From positions 62,001 through 89,399 of the IMG/VR virus record IMGVR_UViG_3300025838_000029: DNA of 27,399 nucleotides. One strand, written 5' to 3'. Position numbers and translations under genes: made by a program. Numbering within the stretch: the stretch's first letter is position 1; every line of letters begins with the position of its first letter. Source of the DNA: an uncultured virus (IMG/VR IMGVR_UViG_3300025838_000029) (lineage: Duplodnaviria > Heunggongvirae > Uroviricota > Caudoviricetes). The notes under the pieces are model-generated. The model had not been told where the DNA came from. It did no database searches and saw nothing but the letters and a program-made list of their open reading frames with translations. This document shows, one piece after another, positions 18,501 to 23,915 of the stretch.

Positions 18501-21278
18501 ATATTCACTGGTATCCGAGATGGAGAGATTTCTGAAGAGGGGATCCATAACATTGGTGATTATGAGCATATTATAAACATGGCCCTGGATCGGGTTGGGT
18601 TGATTGATTATGTTTCAAACCATCAGATTGAAGACACTCCTCTCAATCGGGAACTTGCTCAGAAGGCAATTCTTGCTGCATGGGATAGCGCAAATGAAAA
18701 TGGATTTAGAGTAAGGAGTAGCCAGGATGCTGTCAGGCTTGATGCTAAATTATTCCATGATGGAACCTTTGCCGAAGTTGCGAAAAATTTTGGTGAACCT
18801 TCAGGAACTCTCCAAGGAGGATCCAGAGGCGAAGGAAGAATTGGAGAAACTGCGAGAGACTATCCGCTGGAGAGAGAAAATAAATCTTCTTCCCAAGAAG
18901 GAGCAGCGGAATCGTTAGGTCTTAAATCTGGCGACCTAAGAACAGAAGATGAGAAACGTGGGGCTGTAACAATCTCTCATGTCATCGATAAGTGGAGCGC
19001 GGAAGGACCGGGGAAGGGTCCACTTCGGCGCCCTGTTCAAGTCCTTGAGGGAGCGGCTGATTATGTTAAGGAAACACTTCCTATAACGAGTCAAATTTGG
19101 AAATGGGCAAGTCGTCGCATTTTCCCTGGTTCAGCAGATGCTTTCGCTAAATCAGCAGCAAGAACAATCCGTCATATGTATGGGCAGTCCTATCTCTGGG
19201 AGATCCAGATGGGACATAAGCTCGATGAAATATCCAATCGCCTCGATGCTCTTCCTGTCGATGAATGGAACAAGATCGGGATTGCTTGGGCCAAAGGGGA
19301 CTATGAATCAATTCCGGAAGAATACCGCGAGGCGTTTAAACAAGCAGATGACTTTACAAAGAAAGCCACAGAGAGGCTTCAGTCTCTTGGGGTTCTGAAA
19401 GATGCAATGGGGCATTATGTAGGAAGAATTTGGAAGAAGCGTGGAGAGAATGCCCCGTCAACTGATGAGGAAGGAAAGAAGATATTCAATCAGTTGATGA
19501 GCAAGTTCCCCCTTCTTGGAAGGAAATCCTTCCTGAAGAAAAGATATTTTGATGAGTATGAGGATGCTATCGCGGCAGGAATGGAGCCTGTCTACAACCC
19601 TCTGAAGACACAGATGGTTAAGATTGCTGAGATGAACAGATATTATACAGGGACAACTCTTGTCCGTGCGGCGAAAGAAAGCGGTATAGCAAAGTTCTTT
19701 GCAAGAGGATCTCAGGTACCGGACGGTATGTTAGAGTTGGCTGGTCCTGAATTTCAACGCCCATTTATGAAGGTCATTGAGGGAGAAAAGACTACGTCTG
19801 TTCTTCCTGGCGCTTGGTATGCCCCAGAGGGATTTGCTCGGGTCTACAACAATCATGTTTCAAGAGGGTTCTCTGGAACACCAGAAGGTGAACCTGTGCA
19901 GATGCTTAGGAGCATTGGTGGGTTTATGAACCAAGCACAGTTGGGTTTGTCTATGTTCCACCCTGTCTTTACAACGTTTGACGCCATGAGTAGCACCATG
20001 GCTATTGCCGTTGATCAGGCTGTTCGTAAAGATTTTGGTCTTGCTGCTCAGACATTTGCAAAATCTATGAACCCATTCGGTGTTTATAAGGACGGGGATA
20101 ATTTCCTAAAGGCAGTCCTTGATCCTGACAAGGCAACTCCAGATCAGAAGTTACTGATTAATGCTCTTGGAGAGGGTGGCGGAAGAGTTTGGATGGAGAG
20201 AGTTCTGCGCCCGACTGATGAAGGGGCAATGGTTGCTAAAAGGATTTCGGATATACCCGCAACATTAGGAACGGCATGGAAGCTTGCGTCTCATAAGTAT
20301 GACGGAAGTGGGATGACTAATCAAATGAGGCGAGTGTTTAATGTCGCCGGTCGGGTTATGGAGACGATGTCGTCTCCGATTATGAACCATTTGGTTCCTC
20401 GTCAGAAGTTAGGTGTGTTCTCTCGTATGGCGGCTGATTGGCTTGCTGCAAATCCAAATGCAGGAAGTTTAGAGCGTATCACTAAAATGCAAGATATCTG
20501 GGAAAGCGTAGATAACCGTTTGGGTCAAATGGTTTATGACAACCTTTTCTGGGACAAGACTCTTAAAGAAGCAAGCTTCCTTGCTGTCCGGTCTGTTGGT
20601 TGGAACATGGGGTCGATCCGAGAGATTGGTGGAGGACTGACTGATTTCACAGGAGCCATAAAGGATAAGATTGCTGGTAGAGAGGCCGAGTGGACAAACA
20701 GAATGTCATATCTCATCGCTATGACAGCTAGTACGGCCATCACCGGGGCAATAATGAATCGTCTCTTTACGGGAGAAGGTCCAAAAGAATTAAAGGATTA
20801 TTTCTTCCCTCGTACTGGAGAAACGAGGTTGGTTAAACTTCCAGGTCGCAATCACCCTGTGATGGAAGTTCCTGAGAGGTTGTCGATCCCCTCTTACTTC
20901 AAAGACATTATGGCTTGGACAACCCAACCGGGTCAGACTGCGAAGAATAAGATTCATCCCTTATTTAGTGCAATGGCTCAAGCTTGGGATAACCATGATT
21001 ACTACGGTGATATCATCTGGAATAGAGATGACCCTGCTTATAAACAGGCATTGGATATGGCAAAGTTTGCTGGCTCAACATTGATTCCGTTCTCAATCAC
21101 CGGAACAATGAAAATGTGGAAAGAGCGTCCAGGTCCAGTTGCCACTATGGGTATGCTTGGGTTCCAGCCTGCACCTGGATATATAGCCGCCCCAGAAGCA
21201 AGACAAGCATGGGATGATTACATCCATGCTCAAGAGGTTAGAAAGAAAGCAGCGCGTGAGCTTAAAAATAGTAACTAG
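9513..21278 (+). CDS. Giant DarB-like polyvalent virion protein: SF2 (Strawberry-notch-like) helicase, N6-adenine DNA MTase, second MTase module, JAB/MPN domain, helical C-terminal region
   Basis: 11.8-kb ORF; AGGA SD before ATG 9513. Helicase motifs: GTGTGKT (13842), VADESD (D at 14100), LSATP, AGRAGISLHD, QQEGRIYRTGQ (15291). MTase motifs: DYFPTP, EPSAGHG (15714), NPPF (15894). Second MTase: NLDLGGGKF (17496), NVLNVI (17661). JAB: E...HNHP...SESD (18147-18329). Confidence 0.92.
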   Translation: MPEDRADAPLPESVDISEATPAPVINYVNYTPAPTQAPIKSSLPPLTPRPTEKPAQGLPLDVVKQKVAKLKDAGYSQDEIAESLMKNPFFGPRISEAADKGWEYPEIFSRFGLDGYDPTEGGPLKTPWRYVKAGVESAGEMIGNTLQGGAIASDRRSLYAPYYEDYTSFKSKSPEEQQQILSKIANSDMDLEARQNLTKEFRRLQEGANPRQFDMLANQPVEQLPGYKVGQWFKDTTQGLLNPEEEKLTGVRIAKAAAPIVPAMAATALAGPAGPMALFGGSSYQEGYEKAKKVGASEEAARDAAMKEAGIGAAAGVLDVGAILGPIAKYSPELLNRAQAILYKGIQSGVIGSSVGEAQKWLNAQIERTTYDPNAQYKFDPTEAAIGFAGMAIPGAVHGAFHEQAPKETAPTGTDIPHPSLIAHAYWRIDELESIYNGTEGNPPRDLTPAEAAEYAFLQKNKNKPEELSKVIRGTEPSEQPEPTQAPTVTPAPTVSKSNKPPKATKAPVQAEIQAQPEAQVQPETQDKVQEAANALVEEAKQNPTVTTPEKDSDISAQIKEMINPNNPRDSVYIAPGNEHEIPVSALDHPGVELAENPVSKALLLTTNMDKAIDFQKNRDLTEEEKANLLGLSQPKTEALKDPNAVVVQGKNEDGAIVHQELTSQDNLPNSVENTANRTPETGQVEVASTTGAQAHRVGGDDQAVPVAKGKVPTPDPEIQIAEIRKQIESFEEHRDQALEVGDTPTAQNWHNRIREANEQIAELQRGQPLEKEPAVQESEPASPQAPSTDIPWENHYQRAVDVVGSESFPLKSKPLADKLGVDEAMATRLLQAMASRGAIRQTKNGGFSRNPDRGPLDFLTFLAAKGGLRDDEGHLLAQSMDAQRMVPNYGPLIRKNGMGIDQAGEALWQAGYFGPTDSTPRPTETEVLNKLSEALNGRLPLEERYSEYDRDRVQKIQDTKTAKDREKLEKTARADIEKLNEEKTYGLTPEEKARAIELLVEHPEDFSPEEAVVHVLDTSMIEDLHGAIDVARDAHDDEFSDIPFEWPAEVEPPQRGEEEGKGTEVSIPTSEEESGTVGKEPGEGERQDLRDKEIGDVIGAGERTAPPMDRERQQAEIRARQAGKKRSGKEQEEPGGMFATEEKGLFSEPKKTADYGTQNKVITADAAEKARELLRKKSNQINAGIDPETMLAGVTLAAYHIEAGTRKFVDFARAMVSDVGAWIKPYLKSWYNAIRDYPGLEEAAKDMTPHEEMNAAMDQLEREGYVSSESRGLEQTGEGPKTENAMGKEALPTEERGASQGVRERNGEAEARGNNKPSSEEQLPSDGASSVGERGNSERDAGEPGFGAVPAERGGRPGGYDVSQHGPAIEHIEPEEVNKTAGDSKTVAQRFAEQKIANSRPVVWNDINNIRETLPALFPDQQDDVHKSEKRLSVAHGIMITNGTGTGKTWSAGGVIARFVRQGKEDILVVAPSQDILTDWKAALKHLGVDASVLEGTQKSGKGVTLTTYANLGENRHIADRNWHLVVADESDNLMSDQKGNTTKALNSFRAITNHPDALYIRADMALRDLNDRVADLSERVHKNYNNKELTSQWINAQRELEQKRKELVDVYKDQPRSKAIFLSATPFSYDKTTDYGNGYLFDYQKEGNRSGYNVAEGRNLFMVQNFGYRMRNGKLTAPEANVNSEVLERDFHERLKKEGALIGRRLEVDSDYDRKFILVNDAIGNNIDRLLEFLRESDDGKFRPIYSFVNDRFDYLSRQRLLEAIKANHAIPIIREHLALGRKVVVFHDFNEGGGFHPFDTSEIPNNPVFVTVNGKSHEFNLKDLANEFHDRNPDAIKMDFSSMKSPIETMTKAFPEALVYNGTVSSKNRATIKQLFNQDGSGRDVIVIQSAAGRAGISLHDTTGVHQRVLINLGMPTRPTTSIQQEGRIYRTGQKSDAMFRYMNTGTAWEREAFASRIAERASSVENLGMGNQARQLKQSFIDAFNDTSEYPPSPEEGKGGKSLDRQTFSDMSDFERAKTYYFAEQKKTGRRDQREGVDYFPTPEPLAQKMVEWANVKPGEKILEPSAGHGAISRYFPESTERTIVEPSKDLATRASLMTPGARVVNDKFENLHISNKYDGIVMNPPFGIGGKMAIEHLAKAASHVREGGRIVALLPEGPATDKRLAAFRDSDAAKDLHLVGTVSLPTHMFDRAGTNVKSHVLIFEKHTVPKQANQYGSDVGDKIRSVVHHADLSNSPSINDTFNRLEHLSMPDRIEPVTKEVEAPEVPSNGKVVVSGLALSSITNKDGSIMVSPTKRLGANDYARFMRVGERYGGVENDYYSGLSFKSPDERSAFFNALERGETGNEPSAEAQRQIDNGGLGVTFDRKQGLREDGAVYEKLHTQTRKKLFYAKPDNRVSPETYQKLKQIAGENGGGFWDRYEKAFRFNDEDSRQAFMNKVTGSLPLKSGDLRVGKKMDALYVHKSAIDTLPKDAQNRIERAKPPFDWDVAKIKRDKDGALENVSLIEAKDFDEADEPSVGRSFVIDRDGETRIIPASGKIYHGKWQMVKSDYQGFDVDASKERTRLLDSVTSTEDKRRYGQKDYMDNVVAPKLSNNAKLADRFLTDRDKVPETVTTLDYNPKDGIVQKISSANTVRRQAAQVFGNDKFYPRSETPSFNLDLGGGKFPEGTERLAEKGITNLIHDKYNQSEQHNRDVVEKVKAEKGTGIVSATNVLNVIKEPMARLDLIRQAAKGLKDDGVAYFQIHEGDKSGEGKETSDGWQANKLTSTYLPMVRQYFGKVKQVGRPDAPKGNLIIAAEPKRIPGQTIWEGTEPWDTKGNTVPMFSGDVRNEHYFPEDGEGLIAHNESLSPGDAELVHNDARAYVLDRGNETGHEHGIAVHSDGRVEHFTEGKEDTLSIKKVAPELYREMEQAGNNIDVHHNHPEGTSAPLSESDLQLSTLDGVNRVIAHAGDGVFSVAKCSDALNQFGNAGDRQKLIRNSYRDALRAIQERIFTGIRDGEISEEGIHNIGDYEHIINMALDRVGLIDYVSNHQIEDTPLNRELAQKAILAAWDSANENGFRVRSSQDAVRLDAKLFHDGTFAEVAKNFGEPSGTLQGGSRGEGRIGETARDYPLERENKSSSQEGAAESLGLKSGDLRTEDEKRGAVTISHVIDKWSAEGPGKGPLRRPVQVLEGAADYVKETLPITSQIWKWASRRIFPGSADAFAKSAARTIRHMYGQSYLWEIQMGHKLDEISNRLDALPVDEWNKIGIAWAKGDYESIPEEYREAFKQADDFTKKATERLQSLGVLKDAMGHYVGRIWKKRGENAPSTDEEGKKIFNQLMSKFPLLGRKSFLKKRYFDEYEDAIAAGMEPVYNPLKTQMVKIAEMNRYYTGTTLVRAAKESGIAKFFARGSQVPDGMLELAGPEFQRPFMKVIEGEKTTSVLPGAWYAPEGFARVYNNHVSRGFSGTPEGEPVQMLRSIGGFMNQAQLGLSMFHPVFTTFDAMSSTMAIAVDQAVRKDFGLAAQTFAKSMNPFGVYKDGDNFLKAVLDPDKATPDQKLLINALGEGGGRVWMERVLRPTDEGAMVAKRISDIPATLGTAWKLASHKYDGSGMTNQMRRVFNVAGRVMETMSSPIMNHLVPRQKLGVFSRMAADWLAANPNAGSLERITKMQDIWESVDNRLGQMVYDNLFWDKTLKEASFLAVRSVGWNMGSIREIGGGLTDFTGAIKDKIAGREAEWTNRMSYLIAMTASTAITGAIMNRLFTGEGPKELKDYFFPRTGETRLVKLPGRNHPVMEVPERLSIPSYFKDIMAWTTQPGQTAKNKIHPLFSAMAQAWDNHDYYGDIIWNRDDPAYKQALDMAKFAGSTLIPFSITGTMKMWKERPGPVATMGMLGFQPAPGYIAAPEARQAWDDYIHAQEVRKKAARELKNSN
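12619..12798 (+). CDS. Candidate overprinted small basic protein (+1 frame inside the giant gene)
   Basis: AAGGGA precedes tandem ATGs at 12619 and 12622. Amphipathic-looking LSGQQRLNLLNEAKRR...LSPLQRRNLARLAKNLEKVNAK. Occupies an acidic disordered linker. Could be a shadow ORF. Confidence 0.3.
   Translation: MMTSFPIYRLSGQQRLNLLNEAKRRVKGQKSLSPLQRRNLARLAKNLEKVNAKISVTKK
13309..13677 (+). CDS. Candidate overprinted helical protein, 122 aa (+1 frame inside the giant gene, just upstream of the helicase)
   Basis: Purine-rich GGAAAGGGAAGG before ATG 13309. Natural protein-like composition (MYQANPEVWNKLARDQKLKTPWAKRLFPL...APLLWEREAIAKE). The host frame over the same span is G/E/R-rich and low in complexity. 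Confidence 0.6.
   Translation: MYQANPEVWNKLARDQKLKTPWAKRLFPLKREELHKALEKETEKLKQEGITSPQVRSSFLQMAPLLWEREAIAKETQENPALGQCLPNVEDAQEATMLASMDRPLSISNQKKLIKLLETPRQ
18727..18918 (+). CDS. Candidate overprinted 63-aa helical-hairpin protein (+1 frame, directly after the JAB domain)
   Basis: TAAGGAG at 18712-18718, 8 nt before the ATG. Sequence EPLPKLRKILVNLQELSKEDPEAKEELEKLRETIRWREK. The host frame becomes a G/E/R/S linker here. Confidence 0.55.
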   Translation: MLSGLMLNYSMMEPLPKLRKILVNLQELSKEDPEAKEELEKLRETIRWREKINLLPKKEQRNR

Positions 21279-21322
21279 ACAAGTTCTTTTATGTGGTGAT
21301 AAGATTTTTTATGGAGGCAATT

Positions 21323-21637
21323 GTGCCTGAGATTGATGTTGGTCTTTACCAAGATGTCGGCGCTCTGAAGGCCATGTCTGAAGAACGTGGCAAGCAGATC
21401 GAGGCTCTCTTTGCCCTGACAAGAGAGATCTCTTCAAAGATGCTGACCAAGGATGACCTCTCTAAATATTCCGCAGACTGCGCGACAACCTGTGCTGATA
21501 ATGATGCTCTTGTTGAGCGGGTTCTTAGCCTTGAGACTGACCGTAAAATGGTCAAACGGGCTTTTGCTGCGAGTGTAGGCGTCCCAGCCTTTCTAGCGTC
21601 GGTTATTGAAACCGCACGTTATATCGTAGGGAAATAA
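21323..21637 (+). CDS. Coiled-coil protein with C-terminal hydrophobic helix (holin/XhlA-like lysis-module protein)
   Basis: GGAGG at 21313-21317, then GTG 21323. ERVLSLE coiled coil followed by AFAASVGVPAFLASVI. Directly upstream of the lysozyme. Confidence 0.65.
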   Translation: MPEIDVGLYQDVGALKAMSEERGKQIEALFALTREISSKMLTKDDLSKYSADCATTCADNDALVERVLSLETDRKMVKRAFAASVGVPAFLASVIETARYIVGK

Positions 21638-21641
21638 TCAT

Positions 21642-22076
21642 ATGAATGGACAGGATCTAACAAAATCCTACGAGGGATGTACTCTCGTAGCGATTAAGGA
21701 TTCCCGTGGGGTGGAGATTGGTTGGGGGCATAATTCTCCTGATATCCAGCTTGGGATGACATGGACTCAGTCACAGGCTGATCAGGCTTTTGATTATGAT
21801 TATGGCAAGGCTATGGATAATGCCAGAAGGATCCTTGGTATTGCAGTTTGGTCAATGCTTAATGAACCTCGCAAAGCCGTTGTTGCCGACATGATCTATG
21901 AGCTTGGTCCGAGTGGGTTTTCTGCTTTTAAGCAATTGATAGCTGCAATTGATGCCGGGAATTATTCAGCGGCTGAATCTGCAATGCTCGATAGCTTATG
22001 GGCGAAACAAGTTCCGAACAGAGCTAACCAGAATGCCAAAATTATGCTAACCGGAGAATGGCCAAATGGACAATAA
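21642..22076 (+). CDS. Endolysin, T4-lysozyme-like (GH24)
   Basis: YEG...KD..G.EIGWGH aligns to T4L E11/D20/IGIGH. LNEPRKAVVADMIYELG..G...F and MLDSLWAKQVPNRA......TGEW align to the T4L C-terminus. Confidence 0.92.
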   Translation: MNGQDLTKSYEGCTLVAIKDSRGVEIGWGHNSPDIQLGMTWTQSQADQAFDYDYGKAMDNARRILGIAVWSMLNEPRKAVVADMIYELGPSGFSAFKQLIAAIDAGNYSAAESAMLDSLWAKQVPNRANQNAKIMLTGEWPNGQ

Positions 22077-22293
22077 CACGACTGCTATTACGACAACGAT
22101 GTCGGCAGGGCTTGGGACGGCACAGGTTGCCGATCTCGTCCTGTGGGCGCTTGATGGTTTTCCGAAAGAGGGAAATCAGACTGCTGCATTTGCGATTGCA
22201 GCGGCTTTGATCATTGCGGCTCATGGTGTTCAGAAAGGCGTATCTGCCCTTCTTGCGAAGAAAGCCACTCCTGAAGTTACTCCTACTCCATAA
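22066..22293 (+). CDS. Putative holin (2 hydrophobic segments, basic C-terminal tail)
   Basis: GGAG SD. Overlaps the lysozyme stop. Hydrophobic AAFAIAAALIIAAHGV segment. Confidence 0.6.
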   Translation: MDNNTTAITTTMSAGLGTAQVADLVLWALDGFPKEGNQTAAFAIAAALIIAAHGVQKGVSALLAKKATPEVTPTP

Positions 22294-22500
22294 GGAATCT
22301 TATGTTTTAACACCTTCCCCGCCCTAAAGGACGGGGATTTCCGCAACCGGAGGCGCATGCTCGCGCCCGAGAATATTACAAGCAGCATTAACGTCACGGT
22401 CATGGATGGTTCCGCAATGCTCACAAGTCCATTCTCTTACTCCAAGGTCTGCGATACCTCTCGGCCTCCCATTGGGCAACGCGCCACAACAGGAGCAGAC
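22287..22500 (-). ncRNA. Predicted TnpB omegaRNA/reRNA (5' boundary approximate); guide from flank AACATAAGATTCCTTATGGA
   Basis: Inferred from established TnpB biology: the scaffold overlaps the tnpB 3' end and the right end, and the guide is the adjacent flank. Only the right-end hairpin is directly seen. Confidence 0.5.
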
Positions 22501-23567
22501 TTGGGAACTGTATGCTTCGTTGACAATGCTGAACTTCCGGCCAAGCGCAATCGCTTTATAAGCAAGCTGGTTTCTAAACATCGTCCATCCGGCATCGCTG
22601 ACGGATTTCGCCATTTTGGTTTTCATCAATCGGGATGGGCTGACGTTACCAACCACGATATGTCCGTATTGACGGACAATTCTTGTGCTTTCGACATGCA
22701 GGAAATGCCTGCGCTGTCTGGCAATCTTGGCCTGAATATCTCTGGCGCGACGTTTTTGTTTGCGCCGTTGATACAGAGCCAACTTTTCCTGAGAGGATCG
22801 GAAAAACTTTGGAGACTCGATCTTGGTTCCGTCGCTCATAGTGGCGAAAGTTTTCAAGCCAAGATCAATCCCAACGGCGAGGCCATCCTGTTTTTCCCCA
22901 TCTGGCAACTCGATCTGGATGTTGACAAACCAATGTCCTTGGCTATCGCAGGACAAGTTCCACGATTTAGGATTTCCGTTCTCTGGAATGGGGCGAGACA
23001 ACCAAAGCCGGTAGTCACGACCAAGAAAACGCAGAGTATCCCCGTCCAATTTAGCAGGACGTTTGAAATTGCTGAATGGAATCCAGTCGAGGTTGCGCTT
23101 GGCCGACCGGAAGCGCGGCGTCTTTGGAAAACATGCGCTCCGAGAATCGGCAAACTTGGCACAAACCGCATCAACCGTGTCGGAGTGAATACCAAGTTCT
23201 TTGGTCACACCTCGGCACAAATTGGCAAGATCGAACGCAGAAGGACGCTTGATAGTCATCCCGGCGCGGTATCTGGATGCGGCAACGCGGTCAGTTTCGC
23301 AACAATAATTCCAGACGAAATTAACCGCTCTAGCCTGCGTCCTAAGCGCACGACGAACGGCTTTATTTCCATCCTTGATTCGGTATTGGTGCGTCAATAT
23401 CATCGAAAAGGGCGTCTTTCTGGTAATGACAGAAGCTCGTCTAGGGACTGTGCGACGTTGCAAGCGTCCACAGTCCCGATCAATTTACCCCACTTTTGTC
23501 TCAACATCAACAAGGGAGCGGCTTTCCTCCCCGGCCTAAACGCCGGGGTTTCCAGCCGAAACATCGG
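22307..23567 (-). mobile_element. IS200/IS605-family element, tnpB only (IS1341-like, non-autonomous)
   Basis: Left-end hairpin CCCCGGC-CTAAAC-GCCGGGG (23529-23548) with guide GAAA. Right-end hairpin TCCCCGCCCT-AA-AGGACGGGGA (22316-22337) with guide AAAT and terminal TTAA. Target TCAT on the minus strand at 23568-23571. No tnpA and no target duplication. Confidence 0.88.
22324..23403 (-). CDS. tnpB: RNA-guided endonuclease TnpB (~359 aa)
   Basis: N-terminal MILTHQYRIK...VNFVWN. RuvC-I VGIDLGLKTFA. KSVSDAGW..FRNQLAYKA. Zn finger CSCC...CEHC. RuvC-III HDRDVNAACNI. Confidence 0.95.
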   Translation of the reverse strand: MILTHQYRIKDGNKAVRRALRTQARAVNFVWNYCCETDRVAASRYRAGMTIKRPSAFDLANLCRGVTKELGIHSDTVDAVCAKFADSRSACFPKTPRFRSAKRNLDWIPFSNFKRPAKLDGDTLRFLGRDYRLWLSRPIPENGNPKSWNLSCDSQGHWFVNIQIELPDGEKQDGLAVGIDLGLKTFATMSDGTKIESPKFFRSSQEKLALYQRRKQKRRARDIQAKIARQRRHFLHVESTRIVRQYGHIVVGNVSPSRLMKTKMAKSVSDAGWTMFRNQLAYKAIALGRKFSIVNEAYSSQVCSCCGALPNGRPRGIADLGVREWTCEHCGTIHDRDVNAACNILGREHAPPVAEIPVL

Positions 23568-23915
23568 ATGAGAAAATTATTTATCGTCCCTCTGCTTCTC
23601 TTAGCTGGGTGCAACAGTGACGGAACCCTGAAGCCGGGTGTCCTGACATTCGTCAACAACGTCGTCACTGCTTCTTGTCAGATTGATCAGGCAATTCCTG
23701 GTCTTGTGTCACAGGGGGCGCTTATTACAGCTTTGGTTGCTCCTGAATATGCCCCAGAGGTTGCTTTGGCAACGAAGGTTGATCAGTTGGCGCATCCTGC
23801 TGTTGTCGCTGCGTGTAATGCGGCAGCGGCGGCTCAAGCGAATGCTGCTGCAAATCATCCTGTGGCTGTAGCTGTAACCCCGATCTCAACAACGGTAACG
23901 GTTCCTGCGCGATGA
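23568..23915 (+). CDS. Lipoprotein in the lysis module (possible spanin-like or outer-membrane lysis factor)
   Basis: MRKLFIVPLLLLAGC is a signal peptide II with an LAGC lipobox. Ala/Val-rich body with two further Cys. ATGA coupling to the lipase gene. Confidence 0.8.
   Translation: MRKLFIVPLLLLAGCNSDGTLKPGVLTFVNNVVTASCQIDQAIPGLVSQGALITALVAPEYAPEVALATKVDQLAHPAVVAACNAAAAAQANAAANHPVAVAVTPISTTVTVPAR

Noticed and set aside
22302..22310. ATG right after TAAGGA as the start of a gene entering the IS
   Set aside because: It reads ATG TTT TAA (2 codons). In the reconstructed empty site it reads ATG TTA TGA, out of frame with the lipoprotein.
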